A DNA stretch of 62,475 nt from an uncultured Candidatus Peribacteria bacterium (GTDB lineage: Bacteria > Patescibacteriota > Gracilibacteria > CAIRYL01 > GCA-016699755), in assembly GCA_964584385.1 (NCBI GenBank), contig CAZOZW010000001.1, forward strand, positions 1 to 62,475. The letters are read 5' to 3'. The notes beneath the pieces are model-generated. The model did not search any database. It had not been told where the DNA came from and saw nothing but the letters and a program-made list of their open reading frames with translations. The position numbers and the translations under genes were made by a program. Numbering within the stretch: the first letter of the stretch is position 1; the number at the start of each line of letters is the position of its first letter. Shown here piece after piece: positions 55,135 through 62,475 of this stretch.

Positions 55135-56124
55135 TTAGGGGGTTACTAAGACATCACTTGTTACGGCGGTCGGTTTTATTGCTTCTTCTTTTTTTACCAT
55201 CTCGAACTTTGGTTCCTCGCCCGAAAATACTAGAAACGCCACTGTCCACACCACTTCGGTAAACACGAATAATATTCCCGTTAAATAGGCGGCGGTCAAC
55301 ACCAACACAAAAAACAAACAGATTGCCAGCAGCATACCGATCTGCTCCGAGAAAAAACTCGCAAAAAGCCCGGTCGCCGCAGCAATTACAAACGGTAAAG
55401 CAAGTACCAGTAAAACATTGAGCACCACGCGTAATTCCACCAGAATAAAGATCAACATAATTTTAATAGTGCGCCCGGGGTTTTCGACCACTAACTTGAA
55501 CGAATCGGTGATGGCGGTAATAAACTTGCGGTCTTTTAGCATAATCGCTTGAGTGGCGAACGGCAAGAAAAACAGAGTGATCAACCCGACACTGCCCAAA
55601 AACAATAGTGGGGGTAAAATAAGCGAAGCCGCTTGCGGAATATGTCGCACCAAAAACGAGAACTCGGTATAAAAGGTCGTTGGCTGCAATGAACCGGTAA
55701 AAGCGTTCATCGTGAACATTGGAAAAAAGTGGAAGACACCACTCGAAACCCCTTTTTCCATCGGTTCACCACGCCAGTACTTACCGGTAAGATCGATGAT
55801 CGCCGCGCGACAGATCATCGGCACAAAAAACCAGCCGAGGAGTACGATGATCAAAAACAGCGCGCTACCGATCAAAAGCGAAATATTACTGCTGACAACG
55901 CTCCAAACATCGAGCAGAAATCCGAGTAAAAACTCATTTTCACTATCGTCGGAAAACCACGGCGAATGGCGCCACGATTGTATTTGGTAAAAAATGTACC
56001 ACGCCGTTACCAAAATCGAAAAAAATGATGGTATAAAGCCAAGCTTGAACAGTATGGCACGATTTTGCACGGTAATGTTCCATGCCAGGGCGACGATATG
56101 CTTGGGACGACGTAAGTTTTCCAT
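55135..56124 (-). CDS. polytopic membrane protein, unknown family
   Basis: 329-aa ORF with about 7 hydrophobic segments, tightly packed between nadB and the 56265 ORF. Confidence 0.6.
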   Translation of the reverse strand: MENLRRPKHIVALAWNITVQNRAILFKLGFIPSFFSILVTAWYIFYQIQSWRHSPWFSDDSENEFLLGFLLDVWSVVSSNISLLIGSALFLIIVLLGWFFVPMICRAAIIDLTGKYWRGEPMEKGVSSGVFHFFPMFTMNAFTGSLQPTTFYTEFSFLVRHIPQAASLILPPLLFLGSVGLITLFFLPFATQAIMLKDRKFITAITDSFKLVVENPGRTIKIMLIFILVELRVVLNVLLVLALPFVIAAATGLFASFFSEQIGMLLAICLFFVLVLTAAYLTGILFVFTEVVWTVAFLVFSGEEPKFEMVKKEEAIKPTAVTSDVLVTP

Positions 56125-56264
56125 TGATTAATAATCCTTGCTATTTTGCGGTATTCAGGGCTTTTTTGTCAATTTGCCTGCTGCATCCGAATATCATTGA
56201 GGAGCGAGTAGGTATAAAAACCAATATTTTAATTGCATAATACACATCATTCTCAACTACCGGT

Positions 56265-57830
56265 TTATTCCTGTGAATAGCGAATGTCGGTTAACATCGG
56301 TGCTAAAAAGTAGTCGTGATTCCAGTAATCGGGAATTTTCTCTTGATCGATATTGACGCGAGTGATTTGCACGTTGTTAATATTGAGCGATTGGATATAT
56401 TTCTGAAATGTGTTTCCCAGACCATCTACCGAATCGAGAAAAAAGGTGAAAACACCGGTTTTTTCGGCAACGGCTTTGAGTTTTACCGTCGCATACAAAA
56501 ATTGGATCACATCGCGGCATACTTCGTCGATTTCAAGTGGATAGGCGTCGTAGACGATGCCGTCGAACACGTGCCCTTGTTTTACCAACTCGGGGAGAAC
56601 GGTTTCCCAGCCACCTTCGTGCAAAAAGATCTTGTCTTTATGGGGCTGGCTTTCGCGCCAGGCTTTGGCGTGTTCGAATACTTCGTGATTAAGCTCGATG
56701 ATGTGATGCTCGGTTATTTCACGTGTTGCACGTTTATCTTCGATAAAACTATCGACCAAACCAAGACCAAACCCAACATTGAGGATTTTGCCGCCATGCA
56801 TAGTGGCGTTTTTTGCCAATGCTTTCATGTATGGCTCAGACCAGCCAGATGTTACCACCAGGTCAAAAATCACTTGTTGCAGCTCACCAGTAGATGCTGT
56901 CTCTACTTTTGAATGTGCAGTCGACCATGCTTTTTTTAAATCGGGAATGTACTTTTGTTGACGATAGTCGATTTTATTCAGGATAAATTCAATATCGTCG
57001 GTTAAGTATACATGATTCCATGAGCTGATCTCATCGTGTGGGATCTCACTTGGCAGACGCGATACATTTGTCTTGCTCGCTCGCCATGCGAGTGCAAAGA
57101 GGGCTTTTTGTAGTGCGATCATATTCTTATCTTCGATGATTACAGCAAAGCCTCCGTTTTCATCAAAAACCATGCAGTGCATAAAATCACCATAAAGATT
57201 GATCTCAGAATTGACGAGTGGGAACAATCCTTGTTCCACCATTCGTATCTCCATATTAAACCCCTTTTCATTGAGTGTCGTATAGATTGTTTGTGGGGTT
57301 TTCGGAGTAATGTTTTTCGAAAACACCCCTCTTCTTGCGCGTTCGGGTGTGTACTCGTTCTCAAAAAAGAGCTGTAAACTTGGTTGAATCGATTCTAATA
57401 CCGAAAAGTAACTAAGAAGCTCGCTGTGTGCATTATCCAGAATATGTCGATACGAATCCTTAATCCCATCGATTCCTTCAAAAAAAGTAATCTTTGATTT
57501 TACCGTGTTTCCCAAGGTTAAGCGAAGATGTTCTAAAAAGGTACTGGTTTCTTCTTCGATGAGTTTGATTTTGGTGCTGGAGCGATTACGGATCCAGGCG
57601 AAAAAACTTTCAATCGAGTCGAGACTGTAAAGAGTGGTTTGACCCGACTTTCTTTTGGCAAGGATTCCTTTATCGGTGAGGATTTCAGCAGTTTTATTAT
57701 CGCCAATCTCATCGCCGGAAACTATTTTATCCTCAAAAAATCGCAGTAACATCGCAATCTCGTTCTGCGTAAAATGCTCTTTTTCAAGATATGCAACGAA
57801 CTTGCGGCGAATACCTTTAGCCGAATCCAT
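56265..57830 (-). CDS. fusion protein: N-terminal wHTH-like region, middle domain of unknown function, C-terminal class I SAM-dependent methyltransferase-like domain
   Basis: N-terminus: FVAYLEKEHFTQNEIAMLLRF...GILAKRKSGQTTLYSL. C-terminus: GGKILNVGFGLGLVD (motif I-like) ...FDGIVYDAYP (post-II/III-like). Confidence 0.6.
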   Translation of the reverse strand: MDSAKGIRRKFVAYLEKEHFTQNEIAMLLRFFEDKIVSGDEIGDNKTAEILTDKGILAKRKSGQTTLYSLDSIESFFAWIRNRSSTKIKLIEEETSTFLEHLRLTLGNTVKSKITFFEGIDGIKDSYRHILDNAHSELLSYFSVLESIQPSLQLFFENEYTPERARRGVFSKNITPKTPQTIYTTLNEKGFNMEIRMVEQGLFPLVNSEINLYGDFMHCMVFDENGGFAVIIEDKNMIALQKALFALAWRASKTNVSRLPSEIPHDEISSWNHVYLTDDIEFILNKIDYRQQKYIPDLKKAWSTAHSKVETASTGELQQVIFDLVVTSGWSEPYMKALAKNATMHGGKILNVGFGLGLVDSFIEDKRATREITEHHIIELNHEVFEHAKAWRESQPHKDKIFLHEGGWETVLPELVKQGHVFDGIVYDAYPLEIDEVCRDVIQFLYATVKLKAVAEKTGVFTFFLDSVDGLGNTFQKYIQSLNINNVQITRVNIDQEKIPDYWNHDYFLAPMLTDIRYSQE

Positions 57831-57907
57831 ACAATTAACAACGGTTTACATTTTCATCGTAGCACATCAAAGTGAGGTTGCCGAAGAAAATTGGTTATAT
57901 TTGCCTT

Positions 57908-58474
57908 ATGAGTTCAACCACCTTTAAATCGCAGACGTTACAAGCTCTGATGCTTGAGCTGAGTGAGCTTTCAGTTACTGAGCAAGCACTTGAGCAAATT
58001 CAAGACGCCGTGAGCTTTTTAGAGCAGTTGCATAGCGGGCAGATCCGTCGTTCGGGTGAGGCGTATATCGAGCATCCGATCCGTGTGGCGACAGCCTTAG
58101 CCCAATGGAAATATGCGCCGGAAGTGATTATCGCCGGTTTGCTGCACGACACCATCGAAGATTCGGAAGCCACTCTGAAAGACTTAGAACAAAGATTCGG
58201 CTTCGAAGTGGCACTTTTAGTCGACACCGTAACCAAACAATCGACTGATAATCTGATTGAAAAAACCCTGAAAATCCTCGAAGTCTCGCCAACTGGCCTG
58301 GTAATAAAACTTGCCGACCGATTAGATAACATGCGCACCCTAAGGCATGTTCCCGCTGAGCAGCAGTTGCGAAAATCACGCGAAACATTGAGTGTTTATG
58401 TGCCGATCGCACGACACCTTAAAATGTACGCAGTCGCCGAAGAACTAAAAACGCTGGCGAAAGAGTACTACTGA
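57908..58474 (+). CDS. HD-domain (p)ppGpp hydrolase-like protein (SpoT/RelA HD domain only)
   Basis: HSGQIRRSGEAYIEHPIRVA...IIAGLLHDTIEDSEATLKDLEQRFG...LVDTVTK...KLADRLDNMRTL. Confidence 0.8.
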   Translation: MSSTTFKSQTLQALMLELSELSVTEQALEQIQDAVSFLEQLHSGQIRRSGEAYIEHPIRVATALAQWKYAPEVIIAGLLHDTIEDSEATLKDLEQRFGFEVALLVDTVTKQSTDNLIEKTLKILEVSPTGLVIKLADRLDNMRTLRHVPAEQQLRKSRETLSVYVPIARHLKMYAVAEELKTLAKEYY

Positions 58475-58552
58475 TGATAATGAGAGCACCTTTTTTCTTT
58501 ACTTGGGCGATTCGATTATTCCATAATCGAAATACACTTTTTAAATAGAGAA

Positions 58553-59599
58553 ATGTCGCAGATGTACAAAGAATCGGGGGTAGATATCGCCGCCGGCAAT
58601 AAAGCGAGCAGCTTGGCAGCAGCCGCAGCAAAAGCAACGTTCGCATCGCGCAATGGAAAAATCGGCATGCCGGTAGATTTACCGGGCGGCTTTGCCGGAT
58701 TACTCGATTTTGGCGAATTTTACTTGGTGCAATGCTGCGACACCGTAGGGACGAAAATCGACCTCGCCGAACAAGAAGATTCGTTTGAAGGACTTGGTGA
58801 TGACTTATTAGCGATGGTCGCCGATGATGCGATTTGCGTTGGCGCCGAAGTTGTTTCGATTACGAATACATTCGAGACGAAATCGATCATTCCCGAGCAG
58901 ATCGGCGTGATGATGGAAAGCTTGAAAAATGCCTGCATCAAACAAAAAATCGTGATTGCCGGTGGCGAGATCGCCGAAGTGGGACCAAAAGTCAGCGGCA
59001 CCAGTTGGGGCGCCGATGCGGTTGGCATCGTCGCAAAAGACAGGGTTTTGACCGGGGCAAAAGTGCAAGCAGGGGATGCAATCATCGCCCTAAAAGAACA
59101 CGGCTTTCGCTGTAACGGGTTTTCGTTGGTGCGCAAAGTACTTGCCGATCATCCTCATCTTTCTGAATCGATCGCTCAGGCGGCATTGCGTCCATCGATC
59201 CTCTACCACAATGCGGTGCTTGCGGTGATGGGACGCTACGGCGAAACCAAGCAAAACCCGCTAACCGGCGTTGCCCACATTACTGGTGGCGGCATTCCCG
59301 GCAACATCAGGCGCATTTTAAAGCACAACAAACTCGGAGCAAAACTAACGAATCTGTTTACTCCTTGCGCCGAAATGTTGCAGATCCAACAAGCGGCGAA
59401 TATTCCTCAAAAAGAATTGTACGAAGTATTCAACTGTGGCAATGGCATGCTGCTTACCTGTAATCCTGAGGATGCAAACGGGGTTATCGAAACCTTGCAG
59501 CAAAATGGAGTAGAGGCGCAAATCGCCGGTGAAGTCGTGGCAGAAAAAATGATTACGATTGAATCCTCTGATCACGCAACGATTAGCTACGAATACTAA
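58553..59599 (+). CDS. purM: phosphoribosylformylglycinamidine cyclo-ligase (AIR synthetase)
   Basis: YKESGVDIAAGN...GGFAGL...CDTVGTK...DDLLAMVADDAICVGAE...AHITGGGIPGNI. Confidence 0.94.
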   Translation: MSQMYKESGVDIAAGNKASSLAAAAAKATFASRNGKIGMPVDLPGGFAGLLDFGEFYLVQCCDTVGTKIDLAEQEDSFEGLGDDLLAMVADDAICVGAEVVSITNTFETKSIIPEQIGVMMESLKNACIKQKIVIAGGEIAEVGPKVSGTSWGADAVGIVAKDRVLTGAKVQAGDAIIALKEHGFRCNGFSLVRKVLADHPHLSESIAQAALRPSILYHNAVLAVMGRYGETKQNPLTGVAHITGGGIPGNIRRILKHNKLGAKLTNLFTPCAEMLQIQQAANIPQKELYEVFNCGNGMLLTCNPEDANGVIETLQQNGVEAQIAGEVVAEKMITIESSDHATISYEY

Positions 59600-59682
59600 A
59601 TTCTGTTGATATAAGTATTCAATTGGTGATTATTTTGAGATGACAATATTTTATATCTATGTCATAGTAGGCGAGATTTTTT

Positions 59683-60774
59683 TTGGTTCTGAACGAAACC
59701 CACGCCCTGATCGGATTCGCCGCAGCTGACTTTCTCAGTGTTCCGCGTGTGCGCCTGCTGCGCGAATACTTTGGCAGCCTGCTTGCCGCTTGGGAATCGG
59801 CGGATGAATTGGCATTCGCTGCCGCCGGCATCCCACAAAAGTCGGCTGCGAATTTTATGATCAAGCGTGCCACGATCAACCCCGATCAAATTCTCGAGAA
59901 AATTAAGAAGGTGAGCGCCAAGATCATTACGTTTGAAGATGATAACTATCCGCGCAAATTACTTCAGATCAGCTCGCCACCACCGGTATTATTCATACGT
60001 GGCGATGTGTCGCAAATAGCACATTCGTTTGCCGTGGTGGGTTCGCGTAGGGTTTCGGTTGGTGGTGAGCAAATCACCAAAAAGCTGGTACCAAATTTAG
60101 TGCAAGCCGGCTTGGCGATTGTTTCGGGCTTGGCACGCGGCGTTGACGCCATTGCCCACAAGGCCACGCTCGATTGTGGTGGGCAAACCGTTGCCGTACT
60201 CGGTAACGGGATTGATGCCATCTATCCATCCTCACACTCGGCTCTTGCCGCACGCATCATCGAACAAAATGGAGCGGTTGTCTCTGAATTCGTACCGGGT
60301 ACCAAGCCGTTTGCTTATAACTTTCCGCGGCGCAATCGTATTGTTGCCGGCATGAGCATGGGCACGCTTGTTATTGAAGGTGCCGAAAAAAGCGGTTCAC
60401 TGATCACCGCTAAGTTTGCGCTTGAAGAAGGACGCGAGGTGTTTGCTGTTCCCGGGGGTCCGCTTGCTCCACTTTCTGCCGGCCCCAATCGCCTGATTCA
60501 ACGTGGTGAGGCAAAGCTGGTACTTTCAGCTGATGATATTTTGAGCGAGTTGCCGATTGCCAATCTAAAATCTGAATCGGTTATGCAGCAGCTTTTACCA
60601 ACCGACCCTATAGAGCAAACGGTATTCGAGCTATTAGAAAGTGAGCCGTTGCTATTCGATGATTTGGTCCAAAAAAGCGCCATGCCTGCATCGCAGTTTT
60701 CGGCAACGCTAACCCTGCTCGAAATGAAGGGTTTTGCGCACAGTTTCGGTGGCAATCGCTGGGCAAGAAAATAA
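59683..60774 (+). CDS. dprA: DNA-processing protein DprA (Smf)
   Basis: AVVGSRRVS...IVSGLARGVDAIAHKATLDCGGQTVAVLGNGID...FPRRNRIVAGMSMGTLVIEGAEKSGSLITAKFALEEGREVFAVPG. TTG start. Confidence 0.93.
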   Translation: MVLNETHALIGFAAADFLSVPRVRLLREYFGSLLAAWESADELAFAAAGIPQKSAANFMIKRATINPDQILEKIKKVSAKIITFEDDNYPRKLLQISSPPPVLFIRGDVSQIAHSFAVVGSRRVSVGGEQITKKLVPNLVQAGLAIVSGLARGVDAIAHKATLDCGGQTVAVLGNGIDAIYPSSHSALAARIIEQNGAVVSEFVPGTKPFAYNFPRRNRIVAGMSMGTLVIEGAEKSGSLITAKFALEEGREVFAVPGGPLAPLSAGPNRLIQRGEAKLVLSADDILSELPIANLKSESVMQQLLPTDPIEQTVFELLESEPLLFDDLVQKSAMPASQFSATLTLLEMKGFAHSFGGNRWARK

Positions 60775-60823
60775 TAGACAATACTGATTAATTATTGTAA
60801 AATATAATGAAGTATCAAATTCT

Positions 60824-61522
60824 ATGAACCCCAAAGTTATTACCGAACCGGCTCTTATTTGCGACGGTCAGCCGCTCACTTTCGAAGATGAAGTCTTGCG
60901 TGATCGCTTTCGCGTTGTGGTCTTTGGATCGGCGCGCATAAAAAAAGGACAAGAGCGGTACGAAGAAATCTTCGAGCTCGCAAAAAAAATCGCCGAAAAC
61001 GAGATGGATATCGTTACCGGTGGCGGCCCCGGAATCATGGAAGCGGCGAATGCCGGGCACCATGCCGGACGCAAAGATTGCAACTCGCACTCGATCGGCT
61101 TTACGGTAAAACTCCCATTCGAAGAAAACTTCAACGAGTATCTTGATGTACGCAAGCATTTCGATCGTTTTTCAGGTAGGCTCGATCACTTTATGGCGCT
61201 TGCCAATGTGGTTGTCGTTATGCCCGGCGGAGTTGGCACCTGTCTTGAATTCTTTTATACTTGGCAATTAATACAGGTAAAACACATGCATCGCATCCCC
61301 ATTATTCTAATTGGTGAGATGTGGGAAGGGCTTATTCAATGGGCAGCCGAACAACCCGTAAAAAAAGGTTTTATCAGCCCCGAAGACTTGAACAATCTTT
61401 ACATCGTTCACAGCAACGAAGAAGCACTCGGGATTATTCGCAACACTCGCCGCGATTATGATTTGATGAGCGAAGACGAAACTATTGAGTTTAAGCGCTA
61501 TGTTTTAGAGCAACAAAAATAG
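60824..61522 (+). CDS. LOG family / TIGR00730 Rossmann-fold nucleotide-binding protein
   Basis: VVVFGSARIKKG...IVTGGGPGIMEAANAG...VVVMPGGVGTCLEFFYTWQL contains the PGGxGTxxE motif. Confidence 0.85.
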   Translation: MNPKVITEPALICDGQPLTFEDEVLRDRFRVVVFGSARIKKGQERYEEIFELAKKIAENEMDIVTGGGPGIMEAANAGHHAGRKDCNSHSIGFTVKLPFEENFNEYLDVRKHFDRFSGRLDHFMALANVVVVMPGGVGTCLEFFYTWQLIQVKHMHRIPIILIGEMWEGLIQWAAEQPVKKGFISPEDLNNLYIVHSNEEALGIIRNTRRDYDLMSEDETIEFKRYVLEQQK

Positions 61523-61591
61523 TTGCACCGATTCACTTTAAAAAAGTAAGATTTTTGGGCACTCTTTTCAGTGCTTCATTCTTATTCTTAC

Positions 61592-62475
61592 GTGGCGTTT
61601 CAGAAGAAATCATTAAAAGCGCGGCAACGCAAAAAAAAGGTACTCTCAGCGCATAAGCATTTTGGTAAGCATGGTAAAACCCTCGCGGTTTTTGGCTTGG
61701 GGGCACTGCTGTTTCTGCCCAAATTAATGATATCGCCTTTTCGCCGCAAAAAAGCGAGTAGCGGGGTTTTTCGATTATTTCGCATCACCTTTAGTACCGT
61801 GTTTGTTCTGGTGCTGGTGCTGTTTGGCGTATTATGGACAGAGCAAGGGCGAGATGCCGGGCAATCACTTGCGAAAATAACGATTTTTACGCTTGGTGCC
61901 GAATTGCCCGAGGATGAACATGGCTACACTAATTTTCTGCTGTTAGGCAATGGTGGCAGCGCACACGAGAGTAAGGGGGCAAAACTCACCGATTCAATGA
62001 TGATCGCCAGTGTCGATGCCGGTGGACGCAGCGTGGTAATGCTCTCGATACCGCGTGATTTTTACGTCGAAACCGATCGCATCCGCGGTCGCATCAACGA
62101 GGTGATTCGCGATGAATCTGCTCTGTTTATGCGTGAGTTGCGACAGATTCCAGAAAACAACCAGCGTTTACAAACATTAACCGGCGACGAGCGACAAGCT
62201 TTTTTATGGGAGCTAGATGAGCAGGCGGGTGATATGGCACTCGAGATTCTCAAAGATAAAATCGAAGAGATCTTCACTATAAAAATCCATCGTACAGCTC
62301 GCATCGATTTTCGCGGCTTTGAAAAAGCGATCGACGCGATTGGCGGTATTGATGTCGTTGTCGATAAGCCGATCAACGACCGCACCTACCCCGATTACAA
62401 CTGGGGATACAGCCCGTTCCGCTTAGCTGCCGGGCCGCAAACCCTCGATGGTGAGAACGCGCTTAAATTCGCTCG
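61592..62475 (+). CDS. LytR-CpsA-Psr (LCP) family protein, 3'-truncated by the window edge
   Basis: Absent from the ORF track because there is no stop. GTG at 61592, basic N-terminus plus a TM segment (FRITFSTVFVLVLVLFGVLW). LCP motifs: FLLLGNGG...LTDSMMIASVD...MLSIPRDFYV...IDFRGFEKAIDAIGGIDV...LDGENALKFAR. Confidence 0.82.
   Translation, partial: MAFQKKSLKARQRKKKVLSAHKHFGKHGKTLAVFGLGALLFLPKLMISPFRRKKASSGVFRLFRITFSTVFVLVLVLFGVLWTEQGRDAGQSLAKITIFTLGAELPEDEHGYTNFLLLGNGGSAHESKGAKLTDSMMIASVDAGGRSVVMLSIPRDFYVETDRIRGRINEVIRDESALFMRELRQIPENNQRLQTLTGDERQAFLWELDEQAGDMALEILKDKIEEIFTIKIHRTARIDFRGFEKAIDAIGGIDVVVDKPINDRTYPDYNWGYSPFRLAAGPQTLDGENALKFA

Overview
This 62.5-kb window appears to be bacterial and to use the standard code: TGA, TAA and TAG all end recognisable genes. 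All calls come from reading the supplied ORF translations and the raw sequence by eye. No searches were run, so family names are motif-level recognitions.

The gene content suggests a reduced-genome, probably uncultivated lineage, possibly CPR/Patescibacteria-like (inference only). Evidence is an SLH-anchored giant surface protein, an archaeal-type NMN adenylyltransferase, a lone V-type ATPase D subunit, a short ComEC coupled to a multi-lamin-tail-domain protein, and isolated members of biosynthetic pathways.

- **Housekeeping genes:** cysS, topA, rsmH, rsmI, tsaC, proA, aroA, aroK, serA, serC, nadB, purM, a purQ-purS fusion, dprA, comEC and two tRNA-Arg genes.
- **Cassette array (628-7838), the most unusual region:** A 1561-aa secreted DUF1566/Ig/lipase-like protein is followed by a mosaic tandem array. 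Each unit carries a copy of the protein's coiled-coil C-terminal tail plus a small polytopic membrane-protein gene. There are three units and a vestigial fourth junction. The downstream tail copies have no start codon but are still open reading frames.
- **Hairpin repeat family:** At least 12 copies of a modular G5/C5 repeat lie at 8.3-9.6 kb, 14.5-15.8 kb and 20.2 kb, next to the tRNAs. They bracket a DUF559 gene, the S-layer gene and a MazEF module. Each long-form copy holds a same-frame 16-18 codon mini-ORF (MGVMM...VC).
- **Decayed genes:** a RAYT/IS200-like transposase remnant, an Abi_2 gene with a single in-frame TAA, and a TatD gene split by a frameshift.
- **Possible DNA-uptake module:** a GH114-like hydrolase, a multi-LTD surface protein and ComEC, with the last two overlapping by 4 bp.
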